A DNA stretch of 64,000 bases. It comes from Eledone cirrhosa. Lineage: Eukaryota. Shown piece by piece: positions 13,959-27,171 of the stretch. The notes beneath the pieces were generated by a model. That model was not told the origin of the DNA. It ran no database searches and saw only the letters and a program-made list of their open reading frames with translations. Within the stretch, counting starts at the first letter, position 1. Each line of letters begins with the position of its first letter. The stretch is from assembly GCA_964016885.1 (NCBI GenBank), contig OZ024752.1, positions 41,850,001-41,914,000 of the forward strand, in the 5' to 3' direction. A program made the position numbers and the translations under genes.

Positions 13959-14120
13959 GACTCCGACATAAATAGATACACATACATATACATGAAGTAA
14001 TAAATAAATAAATGTGCATATACATAAATATACACATACACACACATACACACACACATATATACATGCATAGATACTCATACACACATATAAAAATATG
14101 TATATATATATATATATATG

Positions 14121-14310
14121 TAGGAAAAGGTTCAGGACCCCGACGGCAGAGCTCAAGCCATTTCGACAGCTATTTCTGGACACAGAAACGGCTTGAGCTC
14201 TGCCGTCGGGGGTCGTGAACCTTTTCCTATTACCCACTCTACTACCCAAAGTATCGAGCACTCTGGTGCATTATGGTCCACCTGGTTCCTTACCACACTT
14301 CCTTCGTTAT
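14121..14310 (+). mobile_element. TA-embedded repeat with hammerhead 3' half and 5' fold-back
   Basis: GAAACGGC ttgagctct GCCGTC GGGG (stem III plus GUC); inverted repeat 14121-14229; family pieces at 1200-1270, 23090-23275, 31478-31685, 34724-34980, diverged at 415-470. Confidence 0.65.
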
Positions 14311-14570
14311 ATATCATCATCATCATCATCACTGCTTAACATCTATTTTCCACACTAGCATGGGTTAGATGAGTTGTCCTGTTATGAGAAAAGTCAGATC
14401 ATGTGACCGCGTCTTGCTTAAACAGAATTCTTTCTGGTTTTGTTTCTACGGTTGGATGCCCTTCCTAATACCAGCTACATTTACGGGTGTTTAAAATAAA
14501 AACATTAACTGAACGAGCACTCAATACATGTACCTAAAGTGTATGATTTATTTTATGAAAATGAAAGCGG

Positions 14571-14603
14571 CAGTGACTTCGAAGTTTCAGCTTATTGCTT
14601 CAT
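14571..14603 (-). ncRNA. 5'-truncated hammerhead remnant
   Basis: ATGA-AGC aataa GCT-GAAA-CTTCGAAG-TC; perfect palindrome ACTTCGAAGT; CTG of the core replaced by a (CA)n tract. Confidence 0.55.
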
Positions 14604-14822
14604 GTGTGTGTGTGTCTGTCTGTGCTTTTCTTGCTCTCTTTGTATGTGTGTGTATGTGGGTGTGTATGTGTGTGTGTATGTGAGGGTGTGTCTGCAGTCT
14701 CCCCATAAGAACCTTTGAGTGCAGTCTTTAATTTTTCACACTGACTACCAATATATCTCTATGTATGTGTTTATATGAATGTACATATGATGTATGTGTT
14801 ACATATACATTGAACTATCATA

Positions 14823-14865
<43 letters not shown>

Positions 14866-14910
14866 TTGTCCCCTTCTTTTGTGCCCCTGTGGCTAATAAA
14901 GAAATATATC

Positions 14911-14971
<61 letters not shown>

Positions 14972-15230
14972 AAATTTCGCTCTACATGGCTGAATACAAT
15001 AAATGTAATCTGAGTTTTTCAAATATTAATAATTGTTTCTACTATTTGGCACAAGGCCAGCAATTACCCAGTACATTACTGGTACTTTATTTTATCGACC
15101 CCGTAAGGATGAAAGGCAAAGTTAATAATAACATTCGATTCGTTTGCAATTATGCAAACAAGCCTGAATTTTATAACCATGTCAGTAGAAAATAGCATAT
15201 ATTTTCACTAGCTCTGACAGTTTGGCAGGT

Positions 15231-15292
15231 GAACAGTGAGCTGTACTGATGAAGGGTGATACCCAGAAACATTAGTGTCTGAAGTTCTGTTC
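15231..15292 (+). ncRNA. Hammerhead motif with degenerate stem I
   Basis: gaacagtgagctgta-CTGATGA-aGGGT gat ACCCa-GAAA-CA ttag TG-TC-tgaagttctgttc; GUC triplet, one mismatch near the base of stem I. Confidence 0.55.
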
Positions 15293-15596
15293 GCATGCCA
15301 ACACAAGAGCAAGAATGAAGTGTTCATTCTACTGACATGGCTATAAAATCGAGGCTTGTTTGCATAATTGCAAACGAATCGAATGGTGAATTGGCAGTAT
15401 CGGTAGAGGGTTGGACGCCATGCTTTCTAGCATAGTTACATCCCTTTACGATCTGAGTTCAAATCCCGCCATGGTTAACTTTGCCTTTCATCCTTACGGG
15501 GGTCGATAAAATAAAGTACCAGTAATGTACTGGGGTAATTGCTGGCCTTGTGCCTAAAGTAGAAACAATTATTAATATTCGAAAAACTCAGATTAC

Positions 15597-15627
<31 letters not shown>

Positions 15628-15719
15628 TAAACATTTATATATATATATATAGTTATATTTGGGGAGGGTCATATTTGCGTAATATTGCCAGAATTAATAA
15701 CAGAACACACTCACTGTTT

Positions 15720-15750
<31 letters not shown>

Positions 15751-16202
15751 TTAAACATTTATATATATATATATATTTAAACATTTATATATATATATTA
15801 ACATATATGTATATATATTTACATACATACACACACACACACACACACATACACACAGTAATTTGCAAATGACTTTAATATAGGATGTGAACATCCTAAG
15901 AGCGATTCCTTCTTAATTTGGGATATATACATCTCTTACGGCAACATTTTACATCTCCCTCACACACACACACACACACAGCCCCCACATACATGTATAT
16001 TCACAGACACACACACACAGACACACACATCAAATCAAGATGGACAGGCAGACACACAGACATCCCAAGAAATGGATGTGCACAGCATTTATTTCTATTA
16101 CCACTTATCAATACCAATTTACCAATGGTGAATTATCAGGTCCCTCACCCCATTCCTCAACACCACCTCCACCTCCTCACCTTCTACACACCCCCTCTCT
16201 CT

Positions 16203-16204
16203 TA

Positions 16205-16243
<39 letters not shown>

Positions 16244-16372
16244 GTATATGTATATATATATATTTATATATATATATATGTATGTATATATATATATATG
16301 TATGTATATATATATGTATGTATATATGTATGTGTGTATGTATGTATGTATGTATGTATATATGTATGTATG

Positions 16373-16411
<39 letters not shown>

Positions 16412-16600
16412 GTATGTATATATATATATATGTATGTATATATATATATATATGTATGTATATATATATGTATGTATGTATATATATATGTATGTATATA
16501 TATATATATGTATGTATATATATATGTATATGTATATATATATATGTATATGTATATGTATGTATATATATATGTATGTATGTATATATATATGTATATA

Positions 16601-16699
<99 letters not shown>

Positions 16700-16715
16700 T
16701 ATCAGTGGTGGTGTA

Positions 16716-16750
<35 letters not shown>

Positions 16751-17359
16751 TCTCAATAACATTCTCATTTCCTTTCATCTATTTTAAAAATGTTCTATTT
16801 ATCTACTACACGCCCCACCCCACCTCCACTACACCATCATCCCCTCCTCCCCACACCACCACACCATCATCCCTTCTTCCACCTCATTCACCAAGGAGCC
16901 TCTCTCTCTTCTCCCTATCAACAACAGGAACCACCCAACCACCCACCCACCACACACTGATATCCCACCTCTTGCTTCAATCAACATGTCCCCCACACTG
17001 CCCCCACACAACACTTTTCACTCTCACTTTTTTTTTTCTTTTTTTTTAATAATCTTTCTGTCTTTCCTTCTCTCCTTCTCTCACAACTCAGCCATCTTTG
17101 TAACAACAACAACAACAACAACTACTACAACTACAACAACAACAACAACTACAACAATATTAAACATAGATATCCAATGATCTCACCTATTGCTTCATTC
17201 AACATGACCCACCCTCACCTTTTACACATTACACACTTTTTTTTTTATAATCTGCCTGTCCCCCCCCCCTCTCTCTCTGTGTATATATATGCATATATAT
17301 ATATATATTATATATATATATATATATACTTATATATATATATATAAACACATGTATAG

Positions 17360-17391
<32 letters not shown>

Positions 17392-17440
17392 GTATACATA
17401 TATATATATATACACATGTATACATATATATATACACATG

Positions 17441-17478
<38 letters not shown>

Positions 17479-17511
17479 TATACATATATACATATATATA
17501 TATATACACAC

Positions 17512-17544
<33 letters not shown>

Positions 17545-17727
17545 CATATATATATATCTATACATATATATATATATACATATATACATATACATATATA
17601 TACATATATACATATATATACATATACATATATACATATATATATATATACACACATATACATATATATATATATATACACACACACATATATATATATA
17701 TATATACACACACATATATATATATAT

Positions 17728-17767
<40 letters not shown>

Positions 17768-17778
17768 CTATATATATA
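16203..17778. repeat. TA/TATG/TACA microsatellite arrays with pyrimidine-rich spacer
   Basis: Direct inspection; comparable arrays at 9065-9750, 32425-33185, 44020-44930, 52385-52825. Confidence 0.9.
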
Positions 17779-18066
17779 AAGGATAACAAAATATCGTTAT
17801 AGGTAATCCAATTAGAGGTTGTGAATACTTCTTATTAGGGATAGTTTTAGGGTACAGCATTGCTTGACTAAACAAGAGGTTTACGTAGATGACGAGTTTA
17901 TGATTTCACTTGTATTCCTATGTAAGTTTATCTTGGAGTAATAAAATTGAAAAAGTGGAGAATAACATGGTCAACAGTACAAAAAAGGGGATTTATTTGC
18001 AGTCTAACAATTGTTTCACCGATAAAGTTGTCTAAAAATTGCTGAACACTAAAAGCACTGCCACTC

Positions 18067-18149
18067 AATTTTAAATGCGATGTTAGCTCGATCAGATCTT
18101 CAGAAACTGTTTCCGATGATCTGATTGAGCTAACATCGTATTTAAAATT
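18067..18149. other. 83-nt near-perfect hairpin in otherwise unique sequence
   Basis: ~40-bp arms with two G-U pairs, one A-C and one U-U mismatch on the + strand. Confidence 0.8.
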
Positions 18150-18353
18150 CAATTACTGGACTCGGTGATGCGTTATGTCCTTGAGCAAGACACTTTATTT
18201 CACATTCTTGCTTCTACCAAGAGTTGCAACCGGTAGGAAGTATCAGCAATGGAAAGACCAACGGAAACATTCTTCCTTGAACCGATTTGACAAGATCCAC
18301 CCCCACTCAGCAAGTGAATGAGGTCTGGGATCTTGTTGATTGATCAGAGCGAT

Positions 18354-18696
18354 ATCATCATCATCATTTCATTTTACGTCCGCTTTTTCCCTGCTTGCAA
18401 GGGTGGGACGGGAACTGATTCTGGCTTGATTTCTACAGCTGGATGCCCTTCCTAACACCAACCTCATTTACAGTGAGTGCTGGGTGCTTTTTTGCCGTGG
18501 CACCTCCACGACCACTTTGCAGTGGAATGATATGGCCCCCAGTCCCTATCGTCTCATTTCTACAGCTGAGTAAACTGGAGCAATGTGAAATAAAGTGTCT
18601 TGCTCAAGGAAACAACACATCACCCGGTCAGAGAATTGAACTCACAACCTTTCGATTGCAAGGCCAATGCTCTAACCACTAAGCCATGTGCCTCCA
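18354..18696 (-). mobile_element. SINE family 1 (tail A)
   Basis: Full length; further minus copies at 2044-2470, 10878-11218, 30297-30628, 35311-35663, 51001-51343. Confidence 0.9.
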
Positions 18697-19027
18697 TGTA
18701 TATGTATATGTATATATATGCACACAGTCCACGTTGTAATGTGGCCGTGTAGGTAACACGGTAAAAACCTCCCAGTTCCACACTGTAAATGTAGTTGGTG
18801 TTAGGAAGGGCATCCAGCCGTAGAAAACCCGCCAGACAGTCCTATGCGAGCAAGACAACCACTCTTGCCTCAAGTGGGAAAACTCCCGTCCAAACCCATG
18901 CAAGCGTGGAATATGGACGTTAAACGATGATGATGATGATGATGATGATGCCTTTATAATAAGAAACCGAGTAGTGATTCAAAATTTTCAATCACCACCA
19001 TAACCTAATTCACACGTGCTATATATA

Positions 19028-19074
<47 letters not shown>

Positions 19075-19134
19075 TAAAATAACAGATTAAAGTATTACTA
19101 TATATTATTACTATATATATAGTCGTGGATTATA

Positions 19135-19327
19135 GGCGGTGGATTGGCAGTATCGGTAGAGGGTCGGACGCCATGCTTTGACACATAGAGTTACGGCCCT
19201 TGCCATTCTGAGTTCAAATCCTGCCGAGGTTAAACTTTGCCTTTCATCCTTACGGGGGTCGATAAAATAAAGTACCAGTAATGTACTGGGTAATTGCTGG
19301 CCTTGTGCCTAAAGTAGAAACAATTAT

Positions 19328-19328
<1 letters not shown>
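19135..19328 (+). mobile_element. SINE family 2
   Basis: Full length; more copies at 15385-15572, 20765-20958(-), 33604-33804, 39465-39650, 48610-48802(-), 58158-58350, 58623-58811(-). Confidence 0.9.
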
Positions 19329-19369
<41 letters not shown>

Positions 19370-19372
<3 letters not shown>

Positions 19373-19770
19373 CTCGACAAGACATGACTTAGAGTTTTCG
19401 TTCTCTCCCCTTATCTCTGTCTCCTCTCTCTCTATATATCTTTCTCTCTCTGTTGTTTTGGTCTCTCCCTCTCTCTTTTCTCTTTCTCCTTCTTTATCTT
19501 TTTCTTTCTCTGTAACCCAACGGCTTATTTTAAAAATAAAAATATCCAATACTAATAATAATATAATTAAACAACCCCACTATCCGGGAGCTTCCAACAG
19601 TAATGGTTGCATTTTTTAAGGGTATGTCAATATTTATTTATAAAACTGATCTATATTATATTTTGTCTGATGAAAGCACACCATAATTTAACTTTGTGTC
19701 CTTGAAATATGTATAATGAAATAAATATGGTTTTATAAATATAGTTTCCATTTGTTAATATCGTATATAT
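19370..19770 (+). mobile_element. pLTR-like repeat with hammerhead; diverged relative at about 56790-57260; inverted 3' copy at 19990-20072
   Basis: Alignable blocks (cactatcc..gcttccaa..taatggttgcat..ttatttataaaactg) and a shared 3' end taatatcgtatatata. Confidence 0.65.
19659..19723 (+). ncRNA. Type I hammerhead motif, same family as 57147
   Basis: Same core, stem I and stem III; stem II AAGcACAC..GTGTcCTT covaries relative to the 57147 copy. Confidence 0.7.
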
Positions 19771-21439
19771 ATATATATATACGATATTAACAAATGGATA
19801 TAGTTTCCATTTGTTAATATCGTATATATCATCATCATCATCAACGTTTAACGTCCGTGTTCCACGCTTGCATGGGTTTGGATGGGGGTATTCCCACTTG
19901 AGGCAAGAGTGATTGTCTTGCTCGCATAGGACTGTCTGGCAGGTTTTCTACAGTTGGATGCCCTTCCTAACACCAACCACATTTATATATATATACGATA
20001 TTAACAAATGGAAACTATATTTATAAAACCATATTTATTTCATTATACATATTTCAAGGACACAAAGTTAAATATATATATGCATAGCCATGTTGCTGGA
20101 GCCATGATAAAATACATCCAGTAGAGCCTGTAAAGTGGTAGTATTGGTGCCACAAAATGTACCTGATACACTCTGTAAAATGGTTAATGTTAAAAAGGGC
20201 ATCCAACAGTAGAAACACATACACATATACACATACCCTTACATTCACACACATACACAGATAAAAAACACTACAAAATAATTACTTTTTTTTTTTTACT
20301 TGTAAATTTTATCTTTTACTTCTATTTCACTTAATCTTTCTTTCTTTTTCTTCATATTCTTTGTTCTATTAGCACCACCCACTCCTCCTCTGTACATACC
20401 TGCATCACTTCCCCCCCCCCTCCATAAATCACTTTATCATCTCCTGTTCCATATCTACCACATACACACACATACCACCCTACACATATCATTCAATCAC
20501 CTCCTTTTAGCACCATTCTAAGACACCTGTAGAGATTACCTTTCACTCTATTAGCCAAGATACATTTGGCATTTCATTTTCAATTAGTTTTTCTTCTCTT
20601 CTTTTCTTCTATTTGATCAAGATAAGAATCGGAAATTCATTTACATCTAAATACCTCAGACAAATTACATGTTTAATCCTCTTGTTAGTCTCTTTCAATA
20701 AATATATGCTATCTATGACTTTCAAATTATTTTCAAAATAATCAAGAATTTTGAGGGATTTAGTAATAATTGTTTCTACTTTTGGTACAAAGCCAGCAAT
20801 TACCCCAGTGTATTACTGGTACTTTATTTTATCGACCCCCGTAAGGATGAAAGGCAAAGTTAACCTCGGTGGGATTTTAACTCAAACCGTAAAGGGACGT
20901 AACTCTTTGCAGCAAAGCATGGTATCCGACCCTCTACCGATACTGCCAATCCACCGCCCTTATATCTAGCTTTCTCATTATTAAGCTGGTGTTCAGAACA
21001 TAAAGGTTCTTACATAAAATTATGATGGGAACTTTTTAGATAGATATAAAATATTAAATGTTTCAGTTCTATGCTATGTGTGGTCCTGTAACTGCTGATG
21101 GAGTCATAGGGGCACCGTATGTCAATATGGCGTTTCTTGGGCCTGTTTAAACCTGGTGGAGCCCATCTCTCTCCAGGCCTGAAGAATACAGCAGATTTCT
21201 TCCAGAGAAGATTAAAGAGCGAGAAAATGGAAGTGAGAAAAGAGAGCACAGAAGAAGAATCAACCCAGTACGAGACTGGTACTTTTTTTATCAACCTTGA
21301 ATGGATGAAAGGTGAAGTTAACCTCAGCGGGATTTGAACTCAGAGAGCAGAGAACTGAAATGATTACCACAAAGCATTCTATCCAATGTTCTAATGACTC
21401 TGTCAATTCACCACTGCCAACAACAACCCTGAGTACCTT

Positions 21440-21882
21440 TTTAATTTCCATGTGTCTAACACACGTGGACATGCCCACAAAGTAAGAAAACAGCACAGTT
21501 CCCATGACTTTCGGAAACATTTTTTCACGCTCAGAGTTGCTGAAGCATGGAACAAACTACCTGCATCAGTTGTTAGCTGTCGAGACACTACATCCTTTAA
21601 GGCCTCCATGCTTCCCGAGATCCGCCAACACTACAGCTAACACATACACACATGTACTTCCCTGACATTTGTGTATTATTCTATGTACTATACATATACC
21701 TTTGACGAGTTGTAGTGCACCTGAGTACTTTACACAATAATTTCATTATTATGTGTATATCATGACTCATGCACTGTTCATTTTCCTGATGTTTGTACAT
21801 TACCCTATGTACTATACATACACTTTTTGATGAGCTGTAGTGCACCTGAGCACTGTACACAATAATTTCATTATTATTATTA
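21440..21882 (+). mobile_element. CR1-type LINE 3' end with partly duplicated 3' UTR and (ATT)n tail
   Basis: NTRGHAHKV..RKHFFTLRVAEAWNKLPASVV..SFK; other copies at 50385-50642(+) and 25395-25480(-). Confidence 0.85.
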
Positions 21883-22137
21883 TATAAATGAAAAAAAAGC
21901 CTTTGATTTTCATATTTTGAAAATATTCAAGAATTAGGAGGGATTTGGTAATATAACTAACTTTCTCATTATTAAGTTAGTGTTTGGAACATAACTTAAC
22001 AAAAGTTCTTACATAAAATTATAATGGAAGATTTTTGGATAAATATAAACACTTTAAAACAAACAGTTATGCATCATAGGACCAGGGCGGTTTCATGTAT
22101 CAAAAGAGTTAAGAAATAGAGACATCTCATGTATATA

Positions 22138-22213
22138 TACAGTGAAATTCCGTTATAACGAGGTATAACAAAAATTCGTTGTAACGAAAAATTCGTTGTA
22201 ATGAGATCGACCG
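22138..22213. mobile_element. Tiny Tc1/pogo-like MITE remnant
   Basis: TA-CAGTGAAATTCCGTTATAACGA with degenerate opposing ttcgttgtaatgagatcgaccg. Confidence 0.4.
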
Positions 22214-22809
22214 AAACAAATCGAGCGTTTGTTTTTTTTATTACCTCGGGAATCGAAAAAATCCACCGCCCTATAATAATAATAATAAAAATGTCTACTA
22301 TAGGCTCAAGGCCAACAATTTCGGGGAGGGGAAAGTCGAGTAAATCGACACCATTGTGTGACTGGTACTTTATTTTATCGACTCCGTAAGAATGAAAGGC
22401 AATGTTGACCTCGGCGACCCCACAACGATTCTGCCAATCCGACAAGGGTTGACAAAAAGAATCCAATAATTTTTTTATAAAATGTAGTAGAAACTTTCGT
22501 TAGCTGAAAGCGAAACCTGGATCAAGGGGAGTAACTCTATGTCAATTGATTTTTATAATCATTCATTCATTCATTGAAATTTTTCGTTACTACATTTCTA
22601 ATGATCCACTACTTATATATAATTTTAAAGGTCACCAAGAATTGTGGGAGGACTGTGTGTGTGTGTTTGGGGGGTGTGTGTGTGTGTGGGGGGGGGGGGG
22701 GGGTATTATAACTAACTTTCTCATTATTAGGTTTTTAGCATCGTAGATATCTCTGTTTTTATTGGCAGCATAACCCTCCCAATTTACAATATATACATAT
22801 ATATATATA

Positions 22810-23072
22810 TCCAGCCGTCGCATGTCCTCTGCAGTTGCTGCCCATGTCTCACTACCATGCAGCATCGCGCTCATCACACAGGCATCATACAACCGGCCTT
22901 TCGTACGCAGGGAGAAACCCTTCTTCGTCAACAGAGGAAGCAGCTCCTTAAACTTCTTCCAACCCGTCCTTATTCTAGATACTATGGCCTCGGAACACCC
23001 TCCTCCCATGCTAATCTGATCTCCTAGGTACCGGAAGCTATCCACCACTTCTATAGCGCCCTCCTGCATTTG
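22810..23072 (-). mobile_element. Inverted partial copy of the adjacent RTE fragment
   Basis: Near-identical reverse complement of 23290-23553. Confidence 0.9.
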
Positions 23073-23289
23073 AAAAATATATATATATATAACAAAGTAA
23101 TTGTGGTAAGGAACCAGATGGACTATAACGCACCAGATATATATATATATATGTATAGAGAGCGAGGGAGATGGGAAAAGTCATACTTTTTCCTATTTCC
23201 CACTCTTCTACCTTAAGTATTGAGTACTCTGGTGCGTTTTTGTCCATCTGGTTCCTTACCACAATTACTTTGTTATATATATATATTTT

Positions 23290-23950
23290 TCAAATGCAGG
23301 AGGGCGCTATAGAAGTGGTGGATAGCTTCCGGTACCTAGGAGATCAGATTAGCATGGGAGGAGGGTGTTCCGAGGCCATAGTATCTAGAATAAGGACGGG
23401 TTGGAAGAAGTTTAGGGAGCTGCTTCCTCTGTTGACGAAGAAGGGTTTCTCCCTGCGTACGAAAGGCCGGTTGTATGATGCCTGTGTGAGGAGCGCGATT
23501 CTGCATGGTAGTGAGACATGGGCAGCAACTGCAGAGGACATGTGACGGCTGGAGAGAAATGAGGCAAGCATGCTCCGTTGGATGTGCAGTGTAAATGTGC
23601 GTGAACGACCCAGCTTAAATGTGTTGAGAGAGAAACTGTGTCTGAGAGGGATAGAATGTAGTGTACGGGAGAGGAGACTGAGGTGGTATGGACATGTGAT
23701 GCGCATGGAGGATGACCGATGGGTGAAGAAGTGCCAGGAATTGCCAGTTGAAGGAAGACATGGTAGAGGTAGACCACGAAAAACATGGGCGGAGGTGGTG
23801 AGAGCAGACCTCAGATCATTGAAGCTCACGGTGGAGATGACGAGGGACCGTGACGAGTGGAGAGATGCTGTGCTGAATAAGACCCGTCCCACCCTTGCAA
23901 GCAGGGAAAAGCGGACATAAAATGATGATGATGATGATGATGATGATGAT
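23290..23950 (+). mobile_element. 5'-truncated RTE-clade LINE (ORF C-terminus plus (ATG)n tail)
   Basis: FRYLGD..YDACVRSAILHGSETW..RRLRWYGHVMRM..GRGRPRKTW motifs; in-frame TGA at about 23543 where the inverted copy has CGA. Confidence 0.9.
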
Positions 23951-24689
23951 ATATATATATAACTTAATACACACCATTTGTTTATTAAATAAAAAATATA
24001 TACTTATACATATTTATCTTTGTTACTATAACATATTTTTTGAGAAAATGATTTTAACAGAGATTTCAGGAGAATTTTGGCTAAATTTATAATTTTTTGA
24101 TGTATCAAAGTGTTTAATTATTGTATTTTGTTCAGGAATATATTTTTGATAGTAATAAAACTTACAAATCATTAGTATGATTACCAAAACATCTGAAGAG
24201 AGAGAGCAAGTGAGAAGGGAAAGAAGGAGAGAGTGGGGGAAGAAGGAGAGAGCGAGAGAGAGGGGGAAGGAGAGAGTGGGGGATAAGGTGAAGGAGAGAG
24301 TGAGAGATAGGGGGAAGAAGAGAGTGAGGGATAACGTGAAGGAGAGAGTGAGAGATAGGGGGAAGAGCGAGAGAGGGGGAATAAGGAGAGAGCGAGGGAG
24401 ATGGGAAAGAAAGAGAGAGCGAGAGAGAGGGGGAAAGAGGAGAGAGCGAGAGAGGGGGAAAGAGGAGAGAGCGAGAGAGATGGGAAAGGAGAGAGCGAGA
24501 GAGATGGGAAAGAAGGAGAGAGCAAGAGAGAGCGAGAGAGATGGGAAAGAAGGAGAGAGCAAGAGAGACCAAATAGGTCGAAGCAACTTCATCTTGCTCA
24601 CATATTCCATATTTGGAATGGTTTCTACAGCTAGATGCCCTTCCTAACACCAACCCCTCTACAGAGTGTACTGGGTACATTTTATTGTA

Positions 24690-24960
24690 GCACCAACACT
24701 ACCATGATACAGAGTGGACCAGGTGCATTTTATCGAGGCACCAACACTAACAATTTACAGAGTGGACCAGGTGCATTTTATCGAGGCACCAACACTAACA
24801 ATTTACAGAGTGGACCAGGTGCATTTTATCGAGGCACCAACACTAACAATTTACAGAGTGGACCAGGTGCATTTTATCGAGGCACCAACACTAACAATTT
24901 ACAGAGTGGACCAGGTGCATTTTATCGTGGCACCAACACTAACAATTTACAGAATGGACT
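24690..24960. repeat. 48-bp tandem repeat (about 5.5 units) from a diverged middle domain
   Basis: ttacagagtggaccaggtgcattttatcgaggcaccaacactaacaat. Confidence 0.9.
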
Positions 24961-25721
24961 CGATGTATTTTAAGATAGCACCAGCACTAGAGAGGTTACC
25001 ATGTGCTCTGTCAGACTGAAGAGTCCTCTCAAACACTAGATTGACTCTGATCAATCAGCAACCACTATACAGTATCGTATCACCAACACTGGAGAGGTTG
25101 GTTGTCATAAACTCAGCCAGTCTTCCCTACCATATATTGTTTCCGTTCGATGATCAACACTTTACAGAGTGTACTTGGTGCATTTTATCATGGCTCCAGT
25201 ACTAGAAAGGTAGTCATATGCTCAGCTAGTTTAAAGAGACCTCTCTACCCTATACTATCTCCATTCAATCACTATGCACTTTACAGAGTGTACTGGGTAC
25301 ATTATTTGACGAAAATCTACCTCATGAAAATATATATTGGTTTCTTACATAACACAATACTAACTTGTATATATATGTTGCTGTTGTTGTTGAAAATAAT
25401 GAAATAATGAAAATATTGTGTACAGTGCTCAGGTGCACTACAACTCATCAAAAGTGTATGTATAGTACATGGGGTAATGTAGTTATTGTTATTACAGCTC
25501 ACATCTGTGTAGGTTTGGCTAGCCCCCTAAGTGGTTGTATCTCATAGCAGGTCTCTTGGGTGATTTAATGATAGGGAGCCCCAGTCTTATCATGTCACCA
25601 TTTTTCTGGTGATAAAAGGTGAGATTTGAACTCACAAATACATGCACACAAACACACATAATGCACATAATGCACTCTCATATATCTACATACACATTCA
25701 CACATCAAGCTCTACGAAAGC

Positions 25722-26147
25722 TTACACATCTACACAAATATATGTTACCATATAATCACACATAAATATATATATATATATATATATAAACACACACACA
25801 TCTACACAAATATATGTTACCATATAATCACACATAAATATATATATATATAGTCCACGCTGTAATGTGGCCGTGTAGGCAACACGGTAAAAACCTCCCA
25901 GCCCCACACTGTAAATGTGGTTGGTGTTAGGAAGGGCATCCAACTGTAGAAAACCCGCCAGACAGTCCTATGCGAGCAAGACAACCACTCTTGCCTCAAG
26001 TGGGAAAACCCCCGTCCAAACCCATGCAAGCGTGGAACACGGACGCTAAACCTGATGATGATGATAAACACACACACATCTACACAAATATATATATATA
26101 TATATAAACACACATCTACACAAATATATGTTACCATATAATCACAC

Positions 26148-26195
<48 letters not shown>

Positions 26196-27107
26196 ACACA
26201 CACATCTACACAAATATATATTACCATATAATCACACATAAATATATATATATATATATAAACACACACACATCTACACAAATATATGTTACCATATAAT
26301 CACACATAAATATATATATATAAACACACACACATCTACACAAATATATGTTACCATATAATCACACATAAATATATATATATATATAAACACACATAGA
26401 TCTACACAAATATGTTACCATATAATCACACATAAATATATATATATATATATATAAACACACACACATCTACACAAATATATGTTACCATATAATCACA
26501 CATAAATATATATATATATATAAACACACATAGATCTACACAAATATGTTACCATATAATCACACATAAATATATATATATATATATATAAACACACACA
26601 CATCTACACAAATATATGTTACCATATAATCACACATAAATATATATATATATATAAACACACACACATCTACACAAATATATATATATATATATATAAA
26701 CACACATCTACACAAATATATGTTACCATATAATCACACATAAATATATATATATATATAAACACACACACATCTACACAAATATATGTTACCATATAAT
26801 CACACATAAATATATATATATATAAACACACACACATCTACACAAATATATGTTACCATATAATCACACATAAATATATATATATATATAAACACACACA
26901 CATCTACACAAATATATGTTACCATATAATCACACATAAATATATATATATATATATATAAGCACACACACATCTACACAAATATATGTTACCATATAAT
27001 CACACATAAATATATATATATATATAAACACACACACATCTACACAAATATATATATATATATATAAACACACATCTACACAAATATATGTTACCATATA
27101 ATCACAC

Positions 27108-27171
<64 letters not shown>

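Noticed and set aside
21060-21260. Short ORFs with a plausible minus-strand acceptor
   Set aside because: Resembles the reverse complement of 54520-54590 (dispersed repeat), and the only donor lies in a MITE-like repeat
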